A stretch of DNA of 63,904 nt, the filler included, from Phoronis australis (taxonomy: Eukaryota; Animalia; Phoronida), in NCBI GenBank assembly GCA_002633005.1. It is 6 parts of 6 records of this genome, joined end to end, with 100 filler letters (N's around TTAATTAATTAA, not from the genome) between each part and the next. Parts side by side here need not be neighbours in the genome. Positions count along the whole stretch, not along the records: positions 38,890 to 50,808 come from NMRA01000358.1; 5 more parts are not named here. The stretch is one strand, 5' to 3'. This document shows positions 39,045-50,908 of this stretch, piece after piece. The position numbers and the translations under genes are program-made. Each line of letters starts with the position of its first letter. Position 1 is the stretch's first letter. Under the pieces are notes generated by a model. That model did not search any database. It was given only the letters and a program-made list of their open reading frames with translations, and had not been told where the DNA came from.

Positions 39045-42000
39045 GTGGTCAGCTGGACCCTAATGAAGGCTGGCAAGTGGCTGCCGCCAATGTACCCGCT
39101 GGAGCCAACGATAACGCTGACACCATCAACAGACACACAATCACTGGGCTGCTACCTGCCAGAAATTATCAGTTTAGAGTGAGTGCAGTGAACGAAGTGG
39201 GAGAGGGCCGCTACAGTAACCCTTCACCTAACATTACCATACCGCAGCAAAGTGAGTTTACTATACTATTGATGTGACACCAATGACCACTGACATCTAC
39301 TTGTGTCATGGTTGTGCATGCTTTTATTATTGATTAGTTTGAGATTTAAGAATCTAAGAATTACTCTTTTGCTCTGTAGTGCATGTAAGATTTTTACACA
39401 TTAAACAGAATATTGTTTGAATCGTGGCAGGCATGTCTTGTATAGTGACAGTTTATCCACATTTGATAGTGTATCCAAGATCGACTACCCCCAGAATTTT
39501 TATCGAATAAACAAAAATGAATGTATTTAATGGTCTTATTTGTTGCATTAAATTCTATTTGGGTCTCGGATTCAGACAGCCTGTACTGCGCACTTGGTAA
39601 GTTGTGTGCTGAACCGCATTTGCGTAAAATCTTGACTTTTCAAAATTTGGGGTGTTCAAAGCAGCAAAGGAAGCAAGTAATTTCGAAGTATTACATTTTA
39701 AAAATCACAAATTTCAAGCAAAAACCTATATTATATCGCAATTATATATTAATTGTTTTTTTCTGTCACCAAATTACAGTTACTTTTGGAAGCATGCTTT
39801 TGGGTATGTTCCGTTATGCAGTGTGTATTAAGGGTAGACCTTTTAGTGAGTCAAGTTAAGTGTCTTATCCTGTGTTAAGTATTAACCTCTTAATTGATGT
39901 TCTCTGAGGTGACACCAATTGAAAACACAGGAAAATATTTTTACTCCATCGTGTAAGCTTTTGCAGAAATTCTACAAAATTTATATGAAAGTTATATATT
40001 CTGAAAGTGAGAGGGTACTGAGGTACTCTTAAGTCATCATGTCTTAATTCTGCTGTCGTTTTACTTCTTTGTTCCTGAATTAGTACAAAATCATGTCATC
40101 GATGCATTTGTTTTAGAGCCCAGTGCCCCACCTATTATTCAACAACGGACAGCCACATCCAGCACCACTATTGCAATCACATGGGTTCCACCCCCTGAGG
40201 CTCAATGGAATGGCCCATTGCTTGGATACAAGATCAAATACAGAGTAGACAGATATTCAAATGAAAATATTGAGGACTACCCCAACACAGTCACTGCTCG
40301 GTATACTCTGTCTGGACTAGATCCTTACACAGACTATGTCATTGGCGTTGCTGCCTATAACATCAAAGGAGTAGGTGTCTACAGTGACAGCGTTACTGTA
40401 CGTACTGAAGAGGGTATCCCCAGTGATCCTGCCACTCTTTCTAATGTCACCGCCGTCTCATCTACGTCAGTCTACCTACAGTTTTATCCACCTCAACGTC
40501 ATGTCATCAACAGTGACAGTCTGGGCTTTCGATTGATAGCCCAGCTGCCCAATGTTGTGGGACCAGAGAAAGTTACCACAATGCCACCAGATGTCGGGCA
40601 TGTGTTAGGTGTCCAATCAGGGGAGATAAGTGGCCTTAGGAAGTATACAGAGTATCGAGTGAGCATTGTTTGCTTCACTGGGAAGGGTGATGGTCCAGTG
40701 AGTGAAGTGAGGACTGTCAAGACCCTTGAAGATGGTAAGTCATTCTATGTTTCACGGATTTCACCCTAGGGAGTTGTGTTCATGTGATAGGAGAATTCAT
40801 CCAGGAAGGACTGTGTTCACATGTTACCGGGGTTTCTGTAGATAAAGCCCACCTGATGAAACGCCTGTGGGTGTTTATTCGGAAAATTATGCCGAATGCA
40901 CGCCCATGGGCGTTTATTTGGTGTTACAACTTGTGGTGTCAAGTGTCCGGACAGTGGGACGTTTATTTGAAGATTTTCCTATTAAAAGCCGTCTGAGCAT
41001 CAACTTTTTGTCACAAATTCAGTTTTGTGAAACATTTATCATTTATAGAAACGAACAAAGCGTTGGCGATCTATACATTAATTAACAAAAAAATTGAAAA
41101 CGCAGTTTTAAGTAGAAGAGTGTCAAGTCAGCAAAACTGACTTTCCGTTTACACGCCCCCTTTTCCAAACAAACGCCCGAACGTTTATTTGATGTTGCTA
41201 AAACACCTGGAAATTTTCATTTTCCGAATACACGTATATGGGCTTATGTACAGAAATTCCCGGTAGTGGAGGTCACCCAGGAGGGGCTGTGTTTGCTTGA
41301 ATTGAACTAACTTTAGACCTGGCGACTTGATTTTCTGGCTCAGGTGCCCAGCTGGCGAGTGGGGTTTTGAGGCCGAGGTATATTCCTACATATATTAGAT
41401 CCCATGGAAAGGCACGTCCTCTTACACAGTGTATGTAGTGGGTCACGTACTCTCATTCTGCGCAACAGCAAATTCATTTTTCAAAAGAACCCGTCTTTTT
41501 TTGATGTTTAAGTGCCAAATTCTGGTTTGCTTGTATTCCTCCAGAGGTGAGGTAACACCTGTTCTGTGTCAATGACTGACCTAATTTTCCATGTATGGGA
41601 CATATTCAGTGCTGAGGGAGCAAACTCAGAATCACCCGATAATGGAAATCTGCGGAAAGCCATGTATTTTGAGGCTTTTCATTTCATGTAAAACTAATCA
41701 TTGAATAGGTAAACAATATAAATTACTGTAATTTTTTGTTGCGAAATTTGCGCTGAATTGTTCTGAATTGTTATACGCCATTCTGCTAGGGCAATGTGTC
41801 GCAGATTTTTTCTACAGGATGTTTTTCAGTTGCTGGAGTTCCAAAATTTGGACTGCAAACAAGATGAGATAGTTTGTCTATTTCATATTTTTCTTTGTAG
41901 CTTTGGTGTTCCTTGACAGAATTTCATTAAATTTGGCAAATAGTATTTATCGAGGAGACTACAACACATATTCTGAGCCACCTAGTGGCTATTTCTATTA

Positions 42001-45000
42001 TTCTCAAGTTTTTTTTACGTCTGCCTCTATTGGTCAAACTGCTTTAAGGATTAAAATTGACGTGCGTTTTCCTACTGAAATCAACATGACTGAAGTTAAT
42101 ATTCAGACTGATCTGACTACTGTGGTGCGTCCTCGTGGAAGTTTTAATCTGCTTAAATATGCATAGCTGTGTTTCCTTATGCCTTGTTTTTTTGAACTGT
42201 TTATGTCATCTAACAGACAGTGCATAAAACAATACCCGCGCCTGCCTGCGAATCAAAAACATAATGCAGACAAGATCTGTGTGAAATAAGTGAATTCCAA
42301 CAGATGACAACTTCCTTTGAATGGATCTGGCTTTCACTAAGGCTCATTGAGGCTATTCTATTTTTTATGTTTGTCTCTGTACCTTTGGAGTTCCTGAAAC
42401 GATTTCCATGAAATTTAGCAAAATATGTTTCTATTAGGGTGATGATGAGGCTTTCCCATATTCTGTACTTACTACCCATTAGCCATTTTGATAGTGATAA
42501 AAACCCTGAACACGTGTGTGGTGTAGTTGCGGGTGCATTTCAAGGCTTTGCATTGTGCAGCTGTCAAAGTGCCCCCCCCCTGTGTCTGTAGATGTGACTT
42601 GTATGTCATCAGGTGTATCCATCGTTTCAGTGCCAGATGCAGTCTCTGATTTGAAAGTGACTGAAGTGAAGCACAGTTCAGTTGTGGTGCAGTGGCGGCC
42701 ACCAGCGAATCGCAATGGAGAATTGCTAGGTAACTACTCATGGCAATGGAGTGCAGGATCACTGATCACTCACTAGTACATTAAGGAATTTCTATATGAA
42801 GTTATCATGTACTTATCACAGATAAAAACATAAGGTTGTGAAATTTTCCCATGTAAATGAACCCTTGTCTATTTTTATGGAAGTTTTTAAAGCCTCTCTG
42901 TAAGTACTTTTGCCGGGCTTAAAAATGTTCAGATTCTGTTACATCAAGTCTAGTTCGGTATTTATTTATGTGCTGCCTTAAAAATGTTACATGATTAGTA
43001 ATTGTGTGAAGAAGGCAGATATACCTAACTGAGCTTAACAATATTTAACATGGTGTGATGTCATTAAGGTATGTGCTGAACAATGACAATAACAAAGCAA
43101 TATCTGGCTGTCGTACAGTACTTGTAAAGTTTAGTGCAAGCCAACCCAGTTTCCCTGACGAGCGTCTTCATTGGCTGTGTGCTTGCAGGCTACACTCTGG
43201 AGTATATTGAGAAAGGTGCTAACAATGGCAGCCGTGAAGTGCGTGTCCTCTTCCCAAACATACAGCACCATGAAATTACTGGTCTGAAGCCACAGACTCA
43301 GTACATGATTGAGGTGTATGCTAGGACCAAGGTGGGCAGTGGACCGTCGCAGATGGTGGAGATTACCTCAGGAGTGACACCAGGTGAGACAGGCTTGACA
43401 GGCACATGCTAACTCTCTGGTCTTGTAGAGAAGTCTGTAAGCCAGGCTTAACTTGTACAATAACATACCAAAAATATTGGGGTAAAGCGACTGGGACCTC
43501 CCGATCATGATACCGGAGGACTAGTGGAATTCACATCGAGAGTAACTAGAATTATGAATGATAACAGTTCATTGCAAAATGTGGCGGGCGACAAAGTTTT
43601 TGTGCGATTACAGTATTTTTCGCTTGTGCTGTTAGATGTAGAACTAATCTTGTCTGTATATAAACTACTTAGAATTGAGAACATGGGTATAATTGTTTCA
43701 CGTATGTGTTCAGTAAGAAATTCTGGTCCTGACAATTTGAAATATATCTTAGCAATTAGTCTTTCGGTAAAAGAACACGGTTTTGCTAAGTTCACAGTTC
43801 AGAAAACAGAAGTCACAAATGACACAGGACTCATTTGAGTGATGTACACTTTTTACTTGATGTCAGTTCATCAATGCACAGGTCTCACTTGTTTAATGCA
43901 TGCTTTTTCCTTAGTTCCACCATATGCACCAACTGCGCTAGCTGTTACCAATCGTCTCAAGAGATCGGTAGTTCTTCAGTTCCGTCCAGGCTTCAATGGC
44001 CATACCTCCATCAGCATGTGGTTAGTGGAGGCACAGGTAGAAGGCACCACTGAGTGGCTGTCTATCTACAATGAGTCGGCACCAGATGCCGAGTCATTGA
44101 CAGTCAGAAATCTCCGTCCTTACACTGGATACAGGTATGTTAGTGTGCGAAACATTTAGATATATCCTAGAAAGGTTTAAGTATGCTGTTATAAAAAAAT
44201 TAAGTGTGTGTCTTAGGAAAGTTTAAAGTATTTTGTAATAGGAAGGTTTCATTTTAAGGCAATGCTTGACACTTAGCTTAAAGCCTATCTTGAATGGTAA
44301 CACCTGTAAATTGGGTTACTATAGAGCATCGCTCTGAGTCTACTAGTGCCATAAATTGCCAAAGGTAACGAACTGTTAAGGCCTATTGGCTTGCTTTTGT
44401 GTATGCCACTGGGAGAATCACCTTTTAATTCAAGCAGTTGCGAATAACACCCGCATGCAGACCTCTATTCAATAGAACTGTTATCAGCCTTTTGTTGTTT
44501 GTGCTGGGATCTCGCGATGACGCAACATGGCATGAAAAGGCAGCTTCACTTATCATTTGACGGGCTTACACTTGCGCGATTGAACTCGCGTTTTCTTATT
44601 TTACTAAGGCTTTGCTAGGACTATCTGGTTAGCTCAATACATCTAAAATAACAAAATTCCATTGACGTTAGGCTTTAATGTCACCTCACCAAATGCAACT
44701 TAATAGTGAAAGTTCGTGATCGCTAAATGAAACCAAAGGTAGCCAAAACTGTGTTCAGAGGTCGCCTACCAAAAAAAATATTGTTAAAATTAGGAAGTCT
44801 CCTTTTTGTCAGCAGTTTGGCTACTGTAAGAAATTGTTGACAAATGATTAACTTGGAACTATTTTAATGCACATTTTGTCACTCCTGTTGAGGAAGAACT
44901 TCATTTCTGAAAGAGACCCCAGACAGGGCTTGGAATTTTCCGCGGAAACGCGGATTTCCGCTTTTTTCAATTGTGCTTTACGCTTTTTTTATAATATTTC

Positions 45001-48000
45001 CGCGTAAAAAAATCGAATTTGATATAAAATTTCCGCGGCAAATTCCTTTCTTACCACGGCGTTGCAGACGACGTTCACCTCGAAAAGCAGAATTTGCTCT
45101 TTATTTTTCGGAGGAACGTAAATTGTCAACATTGCCGGGGCATCTGGGACAGCGTGATGGGATTTTCAATGGCGTCTCGTGTTATTGTTAAGCGCGGCGA
45201 CAAATACTACCGCCCTGCAGCCAAAAATGTGTGGGTTGGGAGTGGACGGGCGAGCTAAAAGGACGCAGACGCATACTACTGATGGTGGAAACGTTTTTTT
45301 TATTTTTTAGTCCTCCCGATTTTTGTCGGGGAAAGGTTCACATTGACCATTTCAAGATTGGTTATCGGGCATGATTTGGGCCGTAAAAGTTTCCGCGTTT
45401 TTTGTCATTGGTCATTCCAAGCCCTGCCCAGAGGAACTTTCATGATAGAGTCTGTTCTGTAAAACTGTGGTATTGACCAGGCCTCATGGTTGTTGACGTT
45501 ATGTTGTTTAGGACTTCCTCTCCCAGTCATCTAGCTGTAACTCACCTCTCTCTACAGGCTCCGCATCAAAGCCCAGAACGTAGCTGGCATTAGCCCAGCC
45601 AGCCAACAGTCTCAGATTTTCCAAACGTTGATGGATTTCCCCGATGTAGCTCCAACTAATCTTATACTAAGAGCACTGAATGAGACGGCCATTATAGTGC
45701 GCTGGACGGTAAGTGTTCAGACTGATGAATGAGAGGACCATTATAGTATGCTATATGGTAAGTGCTGAGGGCACTGACTAAGGCAGCCGTTATAGTGTGC
45801 TGGACGGTAAGTGTTGAGAGTGCTGAATGAAACGGCCATTATAGTGTGTTGGATGGTAAATGTTGAGAGCACTGAATGAGATGGCCATTATAGTGTGTTG
45901 TATGGTAAGTGTTGAGAGCACTGAATGAGATGGCCATTATAGTGTGTTGTATGGTAAGTGTTGAGAGTACTGAATGAGATGGCCATTATAGTGTGTTGTA
46001 TGGTAAGTGTTGAGAGCACTGAATGAGATGGCCATTATAGTGTGTTGGATGGTAAGTGATGAATGAGACGGCCATTATAGAGTGATGGTTAGTAATTAGA
46101 TATAATAATCCCCAATTCTCTGCTATCATACCTTTCTTAAAAATTAAATTTTACATTAAATAATAATAATAGCACATAAATGTATAACATATTTTTATAA
46201 TCTCTTGATTTTTTCGATTTCAGAAAGTATGTACTTTTACTGTTTGATGTAGCCTGGCTTTTCAATACATGAGTTAGAATGGAGGTCACTAAAATGGTTT
46301 GAAGTGACTAATTCATTATCACAAGATTGGCCAATGCTCCTTGACTATTTCACACTTATACTTGCCAGACTGTTGAGAATTTCAATTAATTATTACAATA
46401 TTGAAATTGTACTCATTGTCAATCGTCTTTATATTCCATTACCCTTAGCCTCTCAAGTCAAGCGAATGGAATGGTACTCCACTCGGCTATATAATTCAGT
46501 ACAAACCGCTGTCGGGCACTGATTACAATGAAGTGACAGTTAGTGATAAAAATGCCAACACGTACAACTTGATTCAGCTAGAGGAGTGGATGGAATACAC
46601 TATCAGGATGTTGTCCATTAATGAATTGGGTAGAACTGGTCCAGGCCAGGAAAAGTCGGAGAGGACGTGGGAATCAGGTTAGTCACACTGACCAGTTTGA
46701 GAGGTGTCTCGCACTTCACTTATTAATTCATTCCTGTTTGATTGCAAGCTTGTGATATTCAGTATGCTCTAGTCTATTTGTTGGTCCATTGTAAAAGTAA
46801 GGCTTGCTGTATTCCTTCATTTCTAAATGAATTGTGTTATTAGTTCACTGTGTTATTTACCTTGTAGTTCCTTCCTCTGGCCCACGTATGATCAGTGTTA
46901 CTGCTGTCAACTCTACTGCTATTGAAGTCAAATGGAATGAAGTGCCACCTCTCGACCAAAATGGACAAATCAAAGGCTACAAGGTATTTGTGAAGTAAAG
47001 CTGCTGTAATGTGGTCTGCATTGGTCAGTATAAAAATACTGAACAACGTAAAAGTTAGTTTTCTGAGCAGCCAGTCACTCTCTTTTTTGGCATTGCCACA
47101 CCCAAACTTTTCTATATTGACCACCATGCATCTGATTGGAATATTTCATTGTAAACACAAATACCTTTTACGAGTTCTGTCGATCCTTGTGCATCGAACG
47201 GGATAAACAGTTTTGTATTTTGAGCGTTTCTTCACGCAAACCTAATAACTGTATCTTTTGCTCACTTAATGAACTTCCTTGACAATGTCTGGTTATCGGA
47301 CTATGTACTGTGATTGAAGTTGATCTGGTTACCAGGCAACAAGGATTGGCTGTGAACAACCTTAAGTTTCACTGATATGGCCAAGCATCAGGATTCGCTG
47401 ATAGATTTGGTGAAGAAAGCGTAAATGTGCCTACATATGGATATGTAGGTTCATGTTGCCGTTATCTCTTTCTGGGCATCTAGAGTTTGGTTGTTGGATG
47501 TCCACTGCTATATAACCTAAACCCCTCGCAAGATCTTAATGAGGTTTGGGAAGTGTTCTTCTGTGAAGTTGGTGATAGATGACAACAAGCTTTGGCCAGA
47601 TTTGACTACAACTTTGCTCTTTTGTAGCAAGTTTTTGTGTTTAAATATCTATCATGGATTTTCATAACGTTTTGCAGAAAGGTTTTTATTATTTAACAGA
47701 TGATGACGCCTTCTAATTTTTGGATGGATATGGCATATTCTGCCCTACCAGGGCTGAGTTGCATAAAGCTTCAAAAGTTATCCGCTGGATAAGTTTGATT
47801 GTTGCATGACGTCATGTGCATTGTTCAACAATAACAACCTGACGCGTGATAATGCGACGTCATTGTTGCTATATGGCGTAAAACTTTTATGCAACTGGGC
47901 CCTGGTTGCCACCTCTTATTACTTTGGAGTCCGTATTTTTCGGCACCACCTTTTGGCTATTTTCATTGAGTACTGTAACTAGTTTTTCTGGCATCTGCCA

Positions 48001-49307
48001 AACTGCAACGAAGATCATTTTCAAAATTTATTTGAAGCCTTGAGCTCACAGTTTGATACCTTATGCACTTTCATAATGTATACGAACATTGTACTCAGTA
48101 TGAATGAATAAAATTCCACTTACTTTGTCACCTATCGAAATGAGATCGCGTCTTTTTGTTCTAACCAGTATACATCTCTGACCATGACTCTCAGGTGGTT
48201 CTGACTACCACTGCCTCCTAGTGGCAATTTTTTTCATTTACGGCAATTTTTTTTTCATTTACGTCAGCCTGTATCTGCAGAGTTCCTTGATAGAAATTAA
48301 TGAAATTTGGCAAAATGGTTTATATCGAGGAGACGACAACACCTGTTTATTTTCAGACGGGTTAAACATAATTTGCACTACCTATAAGCCATTTTTCTTA
48401 TGTTCAGATGGTTTAGACATAATTTGCACTACCTAGAAGCCATTGTTCTTATTTTCAGATGGGTTAGACACAATTCGCACTACCTAGAAGCCATTTTTCT
48501 TATGTTCAGATGAGTTGGACATAATTTGCGTTGCCTAGAAGCAATTATTCTTATTTTCGCATCTGGCATCAACTTTTCTATTCGCTAAACTACTTGAAAG
48601 ATTATTTTAAGAAAATTAGCAGATGTTGTGCTACTGAGGACAGCATGACTGACTGACTGACTGACTGACTGACTGACTGACTGGTTTTTAGAGGTGTTCG
48701 ACTACTGTGGAACCCTAGTAGCTTTTTTCATGTTAACAAAACGAATAGTGCTGTTGTAATAACAGTTTGAATTATGTTGCGTGAAACAGGTCTTCATTGT
48801 TTGAATGAGTATAAGTTGTCTTCATTGTCAACATACCTTGTAGTGCCTCCATTTACCCAAATATGCTATCTAAGTACCTTGATCAGTTGCTTATTTGAAA
48901 TTTTGTTTTAATGAAAATTAGCTCCAGAATGCATCTAATTTTTCAAACAATTCTTGGGGAAAGTCCCTATTCCACCCAGTGGTAGAGGGATTCTTATCCT
49001 ATACCTTCTTTCTTTAACCATCACTCTCCTCTCAAAAACCAACCAGGTTAAATAGTGTTGAAATGGTAAAATACATATTTATCAAAAAGAAATTCACTAG
49101 GTTTGGTGGCTTTGTTGTAGATCTTGTATCAAGCAGTGGATGAGGCTGGTTGGCAGACAGTGACTGTGCAGGGAGGGGAAGTGCGCTCAGCAGAGGTCAC
49201 TCACCTGAGGAAATATGTCAAGTATCACTTCAAGATGCAGGCCTTCACCAACATTGGTGATGGCAAGATAACCCCGGAATCACTGTCAGTGAAGACCATG
49301 GAGGATA
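39045..49307 (+). CDS. sdk: Sidekick cell-adhesion molecule, partial (fibronectin type III region). Exons 39045-39251, 40117-40734, 42631-42729, 43189-43383, 43915-44134, 45558-45708, 46449-46677, 46868-46983 and 49121-49307
   Basis: One continuous spliced frame of tandem FN3 domains with Sidekick-type motifs: LLPARNYQFRVSAVNEVGEG, GLRKYTEYRVSIVCFTGKGDGP, ITSGVTP, LQFRPGFNGHTSISMWLVEAQV, PDVAPTN, LEEWMEY, LRKYVKY...AFTNIGDG. All introns are GT-AG with matching phases. Confidence 0.9.
40827..41263. mobile_element. MITE, Tc1/mariner superfamily (Tc2-like)
   Basis: TA|CCGGGGTTTCTGTAGATAAAGCCC ... GGGCTTATGTACAGAAATTCCCGG|TA: imperfect TIRs with a TA TSD. Confidence 0.75.
44924..45426 (+). mobile_element. 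Full-length hAT-like MITE (CAGGGCTTGGAAT family), 503 bp
   Basis: Perfect 13-bp TIRs CAGGGCTTGGAAT / ATTCCAAGCCCTG. 6-bp direct flank CCCAGA at 44918-44923 and 45427-45432. Confidence 0.9.
45670..46093 (+). repeat. 49-bp minisatellite made of a sidekick exon 3' end plus its splice donor, 8-9 copies
   Basis: Unit GAGAGCACTGAATGAGATGGCCATTATAGTGTGTTGKATG|GTAAGTGTT. The first copy is the coding exon end. Confidence 0.95.
47749..47904. mobile_element. Short MITE, Harbinger-like
   Basis: CAGGGCTGAGTTGCATAAA ... TTTATGCAACTGGGCCCTG inverted termini. Confidence 0.7.
48345..48560. repeat. ~51-bp tandem repeat, about 4 copies
   Basis: TTCAGAYGRGTT...ATAATTTGCACTACCTAGAAGCCATT...CTTA recurs in tandem. 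Confidence 0.8.
48647..48683. repeat. (TGAC)n microsatellite
   Basis: Directly visible. Confidence 0.95.
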
Positions 49308-50186
49308 GTAAGTACATAGAAGGGTGATGGGGGAAATAACCCCTGAATCACCCTGCACGGACTAGTGGGGGTAGTAAGCATGACGCTCTGGTGTGGAGTT
49401 TTCCGGAGGGTTTGAAGCATCAGAAACCTTGTGACTATTGATTAGAATTCTGAGCATATCATTGCTTCATTTGGCGACCTCCAACTCGCTAATGCGACTA
49501 TGCGACTTCAGATTGTGTTTGGCGTCCTGCGAAAAATACGTAGTCACCACAAAGAGGCCACAGTGAGGATCAAAGTCAGACAATAATTCACCGGACATTC
49601 ATTTCAAAATTCGTTTTGACTTCCCAACCTTAAATTAATAACATTTTCCTACATTCAACACCTTTGGTTCAGAATTGTTCAATTTCTTTTGTGAAACCAG
49701 TGCATTTGCTTTCGCAGTCAGTGCATATGTAGCATGCTCTTAAATTACAAGGCGAAGTAGACAGAAAGAATTGTTTGGCAGAAATCAAGCAAAGCCAGAC
49801 CATGAAACAGGCGCTTCAGTCTTTCCAATCGTCTGCACTCTCGGTTGCAAGAGAAATTGAGTTAGAGATTGAATGGTCCTTATTTGTGGGAGAAATGGAA
49901 GAGTTATGTGTATTTTTCCATAATGCTGATAGCGTCGTGATGTTATTTGGTTGACAACTCCCGAACAACAGTTCTAGTGACCACAGTTTTTGTGGGGTGA
50001 CCTGAGATTTTCGCCAAGTTGCATTTGGTGAGTTTGCGTTAAGCTGAGTGTCAAGCACTGCCTATACTATCCCATCTCCTGAACTGTGTCTTTCTTCATT
50101 GCATTTGTTTTCATTGTTGGAGCTCTAGAAGCTTAGGTTCTATTTGATTGAAAACATTCGAATTGTCTATCCAGTCATGCAGCCCT

Positions 50187-50808
50187 TCTACCTTACAGCT
50201 CCAGATCCTCCATCCAGCCATACATATTACCATCTACCCAGGGCTTGGAATTTTCCGCGGAAACGCGGATTTCCGCTTTTTTCAAATGTTCTGTCCGCGC
50301 ATTTTAATATATTTCTGTGTAAAAACAATTGGATTTGATGTAAAATTTCCGCGGCAAATTCCTTTCTTAACGCGGCATTGCAGACGACGTTCACCTCGAA
50401 AAGCGGAAGTTGCTCTTTATGCTTCGGAGGAACATAAATTGTCAACATTGCCGAGGCATCTGGCGCATGATTTGGGCCTTAAAAGTTTCCGCGTTTTTTG
50501 TCATTGGTCATTCCAAGCCCTGATTTACCTTGCAGCTCAGGATCCTCCATCCAGCCCTACTTATTACCATATACCTTACAGCTCCAGGTCCTCCATCCAG
50601 TCCTACATATTACCATATACCTTACAACTCCCGATCCTCCATCCAGCCCTACATATTACCATCTACCTTACAGCTCTGGATCCTCCATCCAGCCCTACAT
50701 ATTACCATCTACATTACAGCTCCAGGTCCTCCATCCAGCCCTACATATTACCATATACCTTATAGCTCTGGATCCTCCATCCAGCCCTACATATTACCAT
50801 CTACCTTA
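50187..50808. repeat. 46-bp minisatellite (CAGCTCTGGATCCTCCATCCAGCCCTACATATTACCATCTACCTTA)n, interrupted by a MITE and running to the contig end
   Basis: 46-nt period visible (e.g. 50641 and 50687). It explains ORFs 50148-50765, 50498-50860 and 50530-50856. Confidence 0.93.
50239..50522 (+). mobile_element. Internally deleted copy of the CAGGGCTTGGAAT-family MITE
   Basis: Both 13-bp TIRs are present. It lacks about 220 bp of the middle of 44924-45426. Flanks ATCTACC / ATTTACC. Confidence 0.88.
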
Positions 50809-50908
50809 NNNNNNNNNNNNNNNNNNNNNNNNNNNNNNNNNNNNNNNNNNNNTTAATTAATTAANNNNNNNNNNNNNNNNNNNNNNNNNNNNNNNNNNNN
50901 NNNNNNNN
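50809..50908. other. Artificial contig linker
   Basis: N44-TTAATTAATTAA-N44. Confidence 0.98.

Noticed and set aside
39045-49307. Alternative identification as Dscam or a receptor tyrosine phosphatase
   Set aside because: The long uninterrupted FN3 run and the motifs ITSGV, FRPGFNGHTSISMWLVEAQV and LEEWMEY fit Sidekick. No mutually exclusive exon clusters were seen.
50148-50860. 205-, 120- and 108-aa ORFs with DPPSSPTYYH repeats
   Set aside because: These are translations of a MITE plus a 46-bp minisatellite, running into the N linker.
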